Source: Blastocystis sp. Blastoise (Eukaryota > Protista > Bigyra: Opalinata). Taken from it: 64,000 nt of DNA. This document shows positions 1-20,207 of this stretch, piece by piece. How positions within the stretch are numbered: the first letter of the stretch is position 1; every line of letters starts with the position of its first letter. Position numbers and translations under genes: made by a program. The notes below the pieces were generated by a model. The model saw only the letters and a list, made by a program, of their open reading frames with translations, searched no databases and was not told where the DNA came from. Where the stretch lies: positions 1,612,001 through 1,676,000 of the forward strand of contig JBBPEB010000009.1 of NCBI GenBank assembly GCA_039096225.1, written 5' to 3'.

Positions 1-47
1 ATATGTATATCATATATATGTACATCACGTATCTTAGGGGTTACAGG

Positions 48-90
<43 letters not shown>

Positions 91-1082
91 TATTATAATA
101 AAATATTAAAAGAGACAATGTATTCTATTATAAACAATATAATAATAAATATAATAATACTTTTCCTTCTTTATATAAATCACTCAGACGTTTTCCGTCT
201 TGCTTAACAGCGCTGAAAATAGGAACTTCTTGCTTAATATCACCTTTAAACCTATATATAATAATAATAATAATAAACATAATAATAATAATAAACATAA
301 TAATAATAATAATAAATATAATAATAATAATAATAATAAACATAATAATAATATATACTGAGATAATAGTCTCTCGATATCTTCTTTCTTTATATAATTA
401 CATACACGATCAGCAATAATAGGTCTATATATATAAACTAATATATAAACTAATATATATATCTAATTGATTATTATTAAAAATAGACAGATATATATAA
501 ATGCCTATATATATATATATATAGATACGAGTCAAGATCAATTGATTCTGTCTTAATTCCAAGTCTCCACGTGGATTTATATACTTTTATACTTGGCATA
601 TACTATAAATAGAAACAAAATTATTTTTTTTTAAATCATTCATTTATCTATGAAAACAAAATAATATTACATAAATACATTCAGTAACTTTGTGGCTGAG
701 CCAATAGCAATAGGAAGTATACCTTCAGCAGCTTTATCTAGTGTACCACCATGACCAATATCCTTTCGATTCAGTATTTTCTTTAAACGAACAACGCAAT
801 CATTAGATGTCATACCTAATAGTTATAAAAATAAAATAATAATACCAAATTACAACATTAAATACCTTTTGTTTTATACAAATTAATAAACCCAGACCAA
901 TTTGTAAAATTATCTTTCTTAAGGTTTGATCTATAATTTTTCTTAACTTGATCTTCAGTCTCATTCAATGTTTCAGACTCCATGGACAATTGGCGAAGAA
1001 AAGTTAATGATTGAGTCAACCTTGTTTGCTTCTTCCATATTGTATTAATGGAATATGAAGCCTTTGTTAAAAAAGAATTCAT
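1..1082 (-). CDS. TruB-family tRNA pseudouridine(55) synthase, probably organelle-targeted; multi-exon, 3' end runs off the window
   Basis: Joined exons give [53 protein letters not shown] (TruB GHxGTLD catalytic motif) and [20 protein letters not shown]. Five GT-AG introns; basic Ser/Thr-rich N-terminal extension. Confidence 0.9.
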
Positions 1083-1282
1083 GACTCACGTAATAAAACA
1101 AAAGAATTTATAAATCCTATAATCGTGAGAAATTACCAAATATTTGAACAAAAATGAGAGAATTCCGTAGAAATAAAGAAAACACTTTTGTTATTGTTCT
1201 GCTTTCATATTCTTTCACTCTTCATTATTCTAAAGTAATTTATTAAACTTCAGAGTGTTGACATATATTTAAATAAGAGGAA

Positions 1283-3825
1283 ATGGATAATCACCAAAAT
1301 TTCCTCACATCAGGTGTTCATCAAGGTGCTAATGATCAAGAAAGAAGTCAAATAACAGATTTTTCTATAGAATATATTCCATTAGATCATGCTAGTATGT
1401 TATATTATTATTTTTGATGTAATAGTTTGAAATGCTAACACTCTTTTTTAGTTGTATTGAATCCAACAGCATTACTTGGATCTACATTGCATCCTACAAA
1501 TGAATTCGCTGTTCTACCAGGGAATCAAAGAACACTTCCATCAGTATTCAGTATTATGCCTCCTGAAATCTCTGTTCATCCACGAGACTATATGGATATA
1601 ACTGGATCATTGCAGATAAGTCATATGGGAATTCCTGAAATGTCTAATTTAAATCAGCCTTCTCTTCCTCAACAATCTTCATTACCTAAAGACATTCAAC
1701 CACGTAAAATGCAAAATCAAGTCATTATTCCCATGGTAAGGATATATATATATATTATATATGTTATGTTATAAAAGATATTTACAAGAGAATTCAAATT
1801 GTTTATAAATATTGTTTAGATTTCTTATCTATATAATATATATAGGAATATTCAAATGACAATTCTTCTATAAAAGAGGATCCATCACGTGCGTCGTTAT
1901 ATAAATTATTCGAAATACAACCTCCAAAACGTGTACGAACTGCTTATAATTTTTTTGCCCAATCATGTTTTGATTCATTAAAAAAAGAAAATAACACACA
2001 TTTTAGTAATACAGAACTTATGAAAATTGTATATATATAGTAGTGTTCTATTTATTATTATATTTTTTATGTTTTTATATTTATATATTTATTAGTTTTT
2101 ATATGTTTCTATTTATATATGATATTCATTGTTAAATTTATAATTCAATTTATAATTCAATTTTTATTTTTTAATTATAATAATTCTTTATACCTTAAGA
2201 ATTTGTATGAATAGTATTCTTTCATTCTTATCTCTTCTTCTATATATATATATATTGTTATTATTTCTGTAGTGTGGTGAGAAATGGAAATGTTTAAAAG
2301 AGGAAGAGAAGCAGATATATATAGAGAAACATAAGGAGGATGAAGAAAGATATAAGAAGGAAGATAAAGTATATAAAGAGAAATTTCAACAAATGGGACT
2401 TACAACTATTCGAGATAAAAAAGGTATATAGATTATTATGTACGTAACTATGTCAATATTGAGTTTTATATATATATATATTATTTTATTGATATATTTA
2501 TATACTGGTATATATATAAATTGTTTATTTTTCTAAATATGTCATCTAGTTGTAAGAATTTTATTATTATTATTATCATTATTATTAATATCATTATTAT
2601 TATGTTAATTATTATTATTATTATTATAAATAGATCAAATGTCCTGTATAATGACGGGAATCAAGAAAAGTGACGTTCGACTCTTTAGCTACGGAATGCT
2701 TTCACTATATGTATATATATACTCATGATTATTATGTTTATTATTATTATGTTTATTATTTTTTTTTTATTATTATGTATATTATTATTTATTACCCTAT
2801 TTATTTAATTGTTTGTTTTCTCTTATAACTATACATATATATATATAACTCTATATATATATATAGGATTATAATATGGAGCATGCTATCGCCTTATTAG
2901 ATTCATCAGTTCAATTTATGCGGTCTATTTATACAAATAACCGTGAAAATAATCCCGATGATATATGTATTTTATTAGTCTTTAATTATTTAGGATCTAT
3001 TGTTTAAATTATATCTTTCACATATCCATATTATTATTATTCAATATATATATATCACTATTATATAAATGATTCCTTCGATACCCTTATTATTCGATTA
3101 TATATATATTTGCTGTAGAATCACCACAATCTCCATCACTTCTTTCTGGAACGTCCGTTATCTCTTCCTCCTATGAACCCTCTACATTGTCTAACGGTGG
3201 AACACAAACAGGAACACAAACAAATACAGAGAAACCATTTGAAAGTAACCAGGAGAATTCGTCATTATCTCCTTTTATCGATATGGATTTATCGAATTCG
3301 AATAGAACTCCAATTCATCAAGAACCTCTAAGTATCCATGACGTGCACATGACAGAGGTAATTCATGATAATACTGTTCCTGTACAAGAACCAATCAAAT
3401 CAAAAACTGATAAACAATATAATGGACCCTCATTACGTTATACATGTTTGTACGAAGGTTGTACGAAATCATTCTCTACGAAGGGTTCGTTACGAATTCA
3501 CATGCGTTCCCATAATAGTATTTCTTATATTCTATTTATATTGTATTAAATCACAGATATATATATAAATTATTATTATTAATAGTTCTATTTTTAATTT
3601 GTTTCTACTGTTTATGCTATATATATAGATGTACAAAAGAAGTATATATGTCAAATACCAGGGTGTAACAAGGAATTTCAGTCGATTTCAGGATTTAATA
3701 AGCACAAACGAAGTCATATACAGAATCAGCAGTATCCTTGTACGGCGATGAACTGTAATAAAGTATTTAAAAGCAAACAGGTATATAGTATTCTTCTAGC
3801 TATGTTATATATTATTATATTATTA

Positions 3826-3860
<35 letters not shown>

Positions 3861-3995
3861 TATTATATATTATTATATTATTATATATTATATTATTATT
3901 CTACTATAGGGTCTTCAATTACATATCCTGAATATTCATCAAAGTAAAAAGCCTTATCCGTGTGAATATCCAAAGTATATATATATATAATTATA

Positions 3996-4030
<35 letters not shown>

Positions 4031-4204
4031 TTATCTTCTCTATATAGTTGTAATAAGTCTTTTTCTCGTCGTTGTGATCTTCATTTACACGTGATGCGTA
4101 TCCATACAGGTCAAAAACCGTACAAATGTTTGTACTTAAATTGTAACCGTACGTTTGCCACATTATCTGAGTTACGAAGACATAATGCTCTTCATAAATA
4201 CTGA
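1283..4204 (+). CDS. HMG-box plus five C2H2 zinc-finger putative transcription factor (10 exons)
   Basis: HMG box: PPKRVRTAYNFFAQ...ELMKI|CGEKWKCLKEEEKQIYIEKHKEDEERY. Fingers: YTCLYEGC..HMRSH, YICQIPGC..HKRSH, YPCTAMNC..HILNIH, YPCEYPNC..HVMRIH, TGQKPYKCLYLNC..HNALH. Linking the two halves needs one non-canonical intron (2967-3109). Confidence 0.8.
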
Positions 4205-5351
4205 TTTATTTTATCTCTTCCTATTATATTGAACACATATAATAATGCATGTTACTATTATTATCTATTTATTTACTATATTAATTAGTTTTTTCTTTTT
4301 TTTTTACCTTTTTTCTTTTTTATACATGTATTAATTTATATAAAATAAACTTTTATTTCACTATTCGTTATTCATTTTATATTTTTAGTTTTTTTTTATT
4401 TTTTATTTTTTATTATTTATTACTTGTTTTTCTCTTCTCTCTTCCCTATTCTCTAGTTATTGTATATAATCATGCCATCAAGAAGAAGATAATTTATTTA
4501 TAAAAATATCTCGTGTTAGTATTCTTTTTATATGATCAAGAATTTTTTATTCAAATAATAATTGCCTTTTCGTACTCTATCCTTTTAAATTATGATCGTT
4601 ATCCATTCTTGTTGATTTTGTAAATACTTGTTGTAATATAAAAACACCAACCAAACATATTTTGACACTATAATACAGTCATTCTATTCTTCAGTCATAA
4701 AATATATATAATAACATATATACTTTTACAAATTCAGATATTTTAATTTTTCTATCAAAAGAAAAACAAGATTTTGAAGAAATATTTTAAAAAGTACGTT
4801 CAGAAAAGGAATATATTATTCTTATTTCACGTTGAGCACATTCAGTATTTTAACTTCTCTATTTGCTTTGAAAAAGCATCTCCTATCACTTCAAAAATAA
4901 AATAATTAACAAATCATGGCTAGAATTACAATTATATTTTAATATATAGTTGTACAGAGATGTTTATAACTATAAACAACACTGAATTTCAAATATTATT
5001 CATTCATAATTTAGATATACGCAAAACTTTAAAAGATGGAATTTATTCTCATAAACTGGAAACATTTGTCAAAAGAATAAATAATCATGAATATTGTATT
5101 CAAAATACAATCCAGGGGTAAGTTATCGTTTGCATTAATTTTTCAAGTATAAAAAAATTTCAATTAATAAACTACCCCCATGGTCTTTTCGTCCTTTCAA
5201 TAAAAAGTCTTGTTTTCTTATCACATAATTGTTCTTATAATCTGTATGTATTTGCTATATATGTTGTGTTTATCCTTTTATTTCTATTTAATAATGACTT
5301 ATTAATGTGATTCATTATTCTTTATCTATAAATTCCTTCATATAGATAAAA

Positions 5352-5429
5352 ATGAGAGCTAAGTGGGCTAAGAAGCGTATGCGACGTCTTCGACGTAAGA
5401 GACGAAAGATGCGAGCTCGTGCTAAGTAA
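5352..5429 (+). CDS. RPL41: 60S ribosomal protein eL41 (25 aa; below the ORF-track cutoff)
   Basis: Translates to MRAKWAKKRMRRLRRKRRKMRARAK*, near-identical to the eL41 consensus. Confidence 0.97.
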   Translation: MRAKWAKKRMRRLRRKRRKMRARAK

Positions 5430-5715
5430 ATTGTATGTTGAATTTTATATATATATGAAGTTCACTATATAATTGTGATCAATTTTTATAGTTACCTCCC
5501 CTTTTGACAACAGGGTAGTCTTATGTATATGAGTTGTATCTTTCCTTAAAATGAAATTGTCTTTTTGCATGACTTGAAGTTGCCTTCTAATATTCTATGT
5601 TTTGTTTTTTTTTAATTTATGTAAAATGGGAAATGAAAAAAAGCCATTATGTTAGAGAAAAACATTGATATTTAAGAAATGAACATGGATGAAAAAAAAA
5701 TTATTTTTTTTATTA

Positions 5716-6705
5716 TTATTCGATTTTATCTAAGGTATCATAAGAGTAAATAGAATTATGACCATCAGACCATTGAATGTTTACACCATAATTACCTTCA
5801 TAATCGATAGCAAGAGGAATGACTTCTTTATGATCTCCTTTATAAATTTGTTCACCAGTAAATTCATCGACACATTTTGCACATTTACATTTATTACGAA
5901 CAAGATAAGGTTCAATATTTCTTTGAGATGCTTTCATGCCTTGTACTTTTCGATATTGAATTTGTTTGAGATCCGGTTTATATTGAATAAAATAACTAGC
6001 AGGAGGAGGAAGAAGAGAAGACTTTAAGAGTTGTACAGATAATTTTTCAGCCATTTCTTTGAATATTAAGCCCATTTCAGAATTTGGGTCAGTAATTGAT
6101 ATAGGAAGTGATTCTATAGATATATTTATATATTTATATATATTTATATATTTATATATTTTAATAAAAATATAAATAATAGTATATAATAGAATAATTT
6201 ACATATATATACTATCTTGACTAAGGTTTTGATTTAAAGGTAACTGCATAGATGTTGGTATCATAAATCGTTTTGTAACTTCTTCTATATTACCTTTTCC
6301 TATATATATATATAACATAAGATATATATATATATATTATCATAAATATACAAAACAAACATATATATATATATATATACCAAAAGGATAATAGATATCC
6401 CCGTGATTACATTTGAAATAAGCCATATTTTCTACATACATATCTATAGGTACCTTCATCTTTGTAAACATACGAATACCTTTATATATTAAATATTATA
6501 CATATATATACTTTAATTTGTATAATTAAATAATAGTCATAAATAGTATATAAATATATATATAGAAACATAAGCATAGATATATTATATTAATAGATAT
6601 ATGCCTTTATAAGTATCAGTAAGAGAGAGAGATTGAGGAGTAGATATAGTAACAGAAGAAGAAAGAGATAATTCCTGACATAAAGATAACTGAATATCTC
6701 CCGTA

Positions 6706-6766
<61 letters not shown>

Positions 6767-8172
6767 GGAGGCATATCTAGAACGAGATAATCTAAATCTT
6801 CCCATAAGGTATTCTGAGCTAACTATATATATATATATATAATATATATAATATTAATACATAATAATGATAATAAGTATAAGTATAAGAAGAAGAAGAG
6901 TATAATAAGATTAATAATAATAATAATAATATATATATATATATACTTGTTTCATAATTTGCATGATCATAGGTCCTCGCATGATATTAGCTGACGCAGG
7001 GTTCGTCATATATCTATATATACATATCACAATAATCATAATAATCATATATATATATATATATTAACGATAGTAAATAACAATACAAAAATATGAAATA
7101 ACAAATATATATCATTTATTCTTGTAATAAGAAAGTGTATTAAAAATCAACTAATTATATATATATATATCCAAAGGACATACACTTGACTCCATGAACA
7201 TTAACAGGTATATATGTATCACCATAACCCATAACTATATATATATATATTAATAGGAATAGGAATAGAATAGTATACATATATAAATATGATACATATA
7301 TAATATATATATATATTAAATGATAAAAAAACAATAAATATTTTAATATATAATACTTCGTTCATTTTCATTTCTGAGGATTGTAGGAAGTGAGGGACCG
7401 TACAAATCACAATCCAATATACCAACTTTAGCACCCAAATTAGATAAACTATATATATATAGAAATAAATATTTGAATAAAAATTATATAAATATATAAT
7501 AAAAATAATATAAAAAAAAGCAAACTTTATAATTAGCATAATAATAAACAAAATAATATACAAAACAATAATAATCAATATTTAAATATTTGTTTTAGTT
7601 TATTTTGTATATATACCTATAAGCTAAATTAACAGCAACTGTCGACTTACCAACCCCTCCCTTACAACTATATATATAATTATATATATATATACATGAA
7701 AAATAATGAAATAATATTGTTTTCAACTACTCAATAACCAAGATAGATACCTGCTAACTGCTATAATGTTACTGATTTTCTTCATATTCTCATATTTAGA
7801 TTGTTTTTCAATAGGTTTTGCACAAAGAGGACGATTAATATAACTAATATTAATTTTATCTTTATTAAGCCATTCTAGACCTTTCAATGCATCCTTTGAT
7901 AATTGTATCAATTCATCTTTATGAGGATATATAGGAGTCAATAATTCAATATCAAATTTAGTACTATCTTCAGTAGTACGAACATGTTTAATCCAACCCA
8001 ACTTTTTCAAGTCCTTTTGAGAGATTGGTTCAATTACTTTAGATAAGCAATCTTTTATCGATCGTTGTTTTTCAGCTTCAACAGCAACTGAGTCGCTGAA
8101 TGCCCTAATAGGCATCGCTCTAACAAAACTCTGACTTTGTCTTGCTAATCTAAATGATTGTCGTAGAAACAT
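5716..8172 (-). CDS. HCF101: HCF101-type Fe-S cluster carrier ATPase (DUF59 - Mrp/NBP35 ATPase - DUF971) with mitochondrial-type presequence; 10 exons
   Basis: N-terminus MFLRQSFRLARQSQSFVRAMPIRAFS (the ORF track start at 8178 is a TTG). DUF59-like LSKVIEP..DL..LGWI; P-loop VSSCKGGVGKST; DCDLYGPSLP; IMRGPM; LDMPPGTGD; C-terminal CKCAKC...GNYGVNIQWSDGHNSIYSY (DUF971). Confidence 0.9.
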
Positions 8173-8746
8173 TTCCAAAATAAATATTTTGCTCCGAAAA
8201 TAGAAAATTTATAATGAAAAAAAATTCTCCGTTTCCCTCATGATTGTTAACAAATGTTTTTATTTTTTATCTATTTTTGGAATTCTTTTATACAAAATAT
8301 TATATATATATGTTTTGTACACTTTAGAATATAATATATATATTTTTAAAATTTTCACAAACCTAAACCAAACACTGCAGCTCATTGACAAATAGATTTC
8401 CTAAATGGACATAAATAATTTATGTATGTGCAAAACGATGTTCAAGAATAAAATAATATATAATAATAACACATAAATAAATAAGTTATAAAACATCAAT
8501 AATTTATGAAACATATTAATCAAGTAATTAGTATATACATACGACAGTTCACCTATGAATTAGTTCAGAATTAGATTAAAGAGGTATTATTATAGCGAAT
8601 TGAAATAACAACACCAAAGAAATTCAGCATAGAGATCCACACTCGAATAGATATTTACATATAAAAGCAGAATAATCAATGAATGACTTTAAGAAACATA
8701 TCTCTAGCCATATAAGATAAGAATTAAAAGATGTAAATGAAGTTCA

Positions 8747-9013
8747 TCAGTGTTGAAAGTCAATCATGACAATATCGTCTTTTCTTATGTATACATCCTT
8801 ATAGACACCAAGATGAGACGATAATTCCTTGATGTGAATTAAGTCTTGATTTTCATTTGTTGCATAGTACAAACCATTCACTACTTGTCTATTATATAAA
8901 GTAATTTGAACTGGCGTTTTTTGCCCTTGTTGAGAAATCCAGAAATCGAGAAGTTTAGTTTTGCTTGAAGAATATAGAACGTAAAAAAGACGTATATAGA
9001 GTATATCGTACAT
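8747..9013 (-). CDS. Gemin7-like Sm-fold protein (SMN complex); start uncertain
   Basis: PVQITLYNRQVVNGLYYATNENQDLIHIKELSSHLGVYKDVYIRKDDIVMIDF parallels the Gemin7 pattern (V.FTL.....V.A.F.ATD......VSQL.TP.GV...A.LR..DI....F), recalled from memory. Confidence 0.65.
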   Translation of the reverse strand: MYDILYIRLFYVLYSSSKTKLLDFWISQQGQKTPVQITLYNRQVVNGLYYATNENQDLIHIKELSSHLGVYKDVYIRKDDIVMIDFQH

Positions 9014-9252
9014 GAATTCATAACTAAAAGTATATCGTAATCAGCATAATAAGCAAAGAAAACAAAATGCAAAAACAAATAATCACGGGGATAGCGAAAA
9101 AGAAACAATCTCACCTTCAAGTTAAACAGTCTTTTTTAAATAGTTTGTTGCTATTAGCCTTTAAGTTAACTAGAAATAGATTATTTATAAATTATTCAAA
9201 CGACTGAGAAAGTATGATATGAATTTTATTCAATTATTAGCCGATTATAGAA

Positions 9253-17058
<7,806 letters not shown>

Positions 17059-17335
17059 GTCAAGAATAATAATATATATATATATCTTTAAATATCATTA
17101 TTTTATATACAAATCTATTTTAATCTAGACTTTAAAATTATATATGCTCATTTTTCTAATGTTCATTCTTTTTTAACAATTGATATTGGTTTTGTTTTTT
17201 TGCATATAATATAATATTGAATATTATATTGAAAAATATAGTTATATGAGTGAAACCAAACAAATATAAACTTATAAAAAATCATCCAAAATATTACGAA
17301 CTACAACAACAATAACAAAAGATAGAATGCAGAAA

Positions 17336-18668
17336 TTACTTAGAAAGTTGCTTAAGACCTTCAGTAGAAGCAATAATGACCTATAAAATATGAATGTATA
17401 GAGTTATAAGTATAGTAATCAGATAATATATAGATATATACATGTTATAAAATGTATAATAATAAATAATAAATAGAATAAATATAAGAAAATAATAATA
17501 AATAGAATAAACATAAGAAAATAATAATAAATAATAAATAATAAATAAATATTAAAAATAAATAAATAAATAGAATAAATATAATAAAAATTTATAAAAT
17601 GATAATAATAATAAAAATAATAATATATACATTTGTAGCCATATTACAGAAAAGACCATGTTCTAAGACACCTACAACAGATTTAATGCTTTTACCCATA
17701 GAAACAGGATCTTCAATACCATTAGGGTATTCACAATCTAAAATATAATTCTGATTATCAGTCTTTAAACTAGATAAAAAAAATACTTATATAATGAATT
17801 ATTATTTATATTGTTATGAATATATTTCTTATTATTATATAATATATATATAATATATATTTCAAAAAGAATTATGCTCTATAACAATAACTATATATAT
17901 ATATACGGTTCATCAGAATTCTTCATCATTCTTAAATGAGGAATACAGCCAAGAGTTTCAAGTCTCTTTGATGTATTCTTCCATCCAAAAGGAGCAACTT
18001 CTACGGGAATCCATTCTTTAGAAGCAATTTTCTTAACCATTTTAGTTTGATCGACAATAATAATGAGTTTTTTAGCTAAAATTTCAACACTCTTTTCACG
18101 GAATAAAGCAGCTCCTTTTCCTTTAGTAAGTTGAAGGTCATTAGTAACTTCATCAGCACCATCAATGGCAACATCAACATAGCTAATCTCATTTAAAGTA
18201 GTCATAGGGATGTCAAGACTACGAGCCTATAGTGAATTATTTAAGTAAAAGGCAGATATATTAATTGGAATCATAATATATTGTAGAATTAAAAAACAGT
18301 ATATATATTATTATTGTTCTTTAAATTATAATTTTTATGTATTATATATTAATATATCATAATTTATGAATATATAGAGTCGACAATTCTTTAAGCAATA
18401 TATATAATATATAAAAATATTAACTTGATAACTTATAAACAAAGAGAAATAACATAAAAAAAAAACATACTTGAGTCTCTGTAGCTTCAGAAGTAGAAAC
18501 ACAAATAATATCCTTCAATTTTCCTTCTCTTAATAATCTTCCAACTTCCTCAACAGCATAAAAAGCAGTAGAACCAGTACCTAAACCAACAATCATACCA
18601 CTTTTGATAAAAGTGACAGCTTCACAAGCAGCAGACTTTTTAAGTTGATTGATAAGAGCAGAACTCAT
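17336..18668 (-). CDS. rpiA: Ribose-5-phosphate isomerase A; 4 exons
   Basis: Motifs VGLGTGST, IDGADEV, KGKGAALFREK, TDNQNYILD and VGVLEHGLF; three GT-AG introns. Confidence 0.96.
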
Positions 18669-19213
18669 ATTTTAACTGAGAGATATGTATAATTCTCTAT
18701 AAAAGAAAAATCAGGTTACTCAAATGAAATGAAAACCAATTATTTTTCCCTAAAAAATAAAATCACGAATATTCAATTGTATTTGATTCTCTTTTGTTTT
18801 CTAATCATGGAGATTCTTTCTTTTCATCGATGACATCATTCTTTTTATAGATTCAATCATATCTTTTTTTATGAATGTGTATCATTTAACTAGTTGAATG
18901 TCATGACAATAGAATGAGATATATAATTTTTAAATACATATACTCATTCTTAATATTAATATTTATTCTTATGAATAATAATAATATATTAAATGAATTT
19001 TTAATAAATAATTAAGGTTGGTTAATAGGTAGTTAGATTGATGAATAATTAAAAACAAATTAATAAAATGTAATGAAATGAGATAACGATGACATGCAAT
19101 ATAATATATATTTCAAATAAAGAAAATATAGTAAATATATAAATATGAAAAATTCATAATAGAAAGAATTTATAATGTACAAATCAATGAATAAAAGCAA
19201 GTAAATAATAAAA

Positions 19214-19906
19214 TTATTCAATTACTCGTTCTACATTAATAAGAGAATGGCCATGAATACCATGTAAATCAAGAGTATCCATATCATGTTTTACAGGAAC
19301 GCCATTAATACTAATGACCTGTTCATTTGTAGGAATTTTTGTTTGAATTTCAATTTTTTTCTTTAATTTGGCTATAGTCTCTTGAGGGTCAAATGGAATG
19401 TCTAATCTTTCATTTCCTGGACATAAAATAACTAATTGACAATAACGTACAAGTTTCTGGATTAAACGAAGAATACCACCAGGAGGTATATGAAGTTCTT
19501 GAAGTGTTTTTTCAGGTTCATTTATTGGCATACCATCAAAAACTGCTCGTAAATCGAAGTTTTCAATATTTGTATTATGTTTCCATGTATCAATAATATA
19601 CTTTACAGAAAGACTAGGATTATAAGGAACAAAAGTTGGTTCCTGTTGTTCATAAATTATAAATAAACGATTATCTTCTGTATTATTCATGGAAAAAGAA
19701 ATAACAGCTCCATCAACAAGATTATAATTTGCTAATTTTTGACCTAACTTCATATCCTTTCCATTATATGATAATACTGTTTCAGTATTTACAGATTCAA
19801 ATTGAACTTCTAAAGTAGCTAAAAGTGCATCAACATAATCATCAGGTTCAAACTCAAAGTCAATGAATGTAGAACGACCCATATTATCTTTTGCAATAAA
19901 TTTCAT
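19214..19906 (-). CDS. Intronless protein with three tandem ubiquitin-like domains
   Basis: Three beta-grasp-like units of about 75 aa (LSYNGKDM..GQKLANYNL; AVFDGMPI..EKTLQELHI; ETIAKLKKKIEIQTKIPTNEQVISING..TLDLHGI); no C-terminal GG. Confidence 0.75.
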   Translation of the reverse strand: MKFIAKDNMGRSTFIDFEFEPDDYVDALLATLEVQFESVNTETVLSYNGKDMKLGQKLANYNLVDGAVISFSMNNTEDNRLFIIYEQQEPTFVPYNPSLSVKYIIDTWKHNTNIENFDLRAVFDGMPINEPEKTLQELHIPPGGILRLIQKLVRYCQLVILCPGNERLDIPFDPQETIAKLKKKIEIQTKIPTNEQVISINGVPVKHDMDTLDLHGIHGHSLINVERVIE

Positions 19907-20207
19907 TTTATATTATTTATATTGTATTAATTGATTATGATATAAAAATATAAATTTGGTATGTTTATAACACTGATGAATAGAATCTAGTAGAAATAAA
20001 TAAAACAAAAAAAACTCAATCTGGTTCAAAATTATTACTATCTTATTGGTCAATGGAAAAGTGGTGCGAGATTCTATCGAGATTTTATATAAATAAATTA
20101 CATTATTTACGTTCTCGACAGCTAGTTTGAGATAATCATTGTTTATTGCCAGTTTTGAATTTTGAAAGGCGAAAATGTAATTATTATTTTTTTCATTGTA
20201 AATCGAT

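Noticed and set aside
5491-5520. Resemblance to the U6atac CTCCCCTTGACAAGG segment
   Set aside because: It lacks the upstream AAGGAGA box and the AGC triad, and needs several indels to align.
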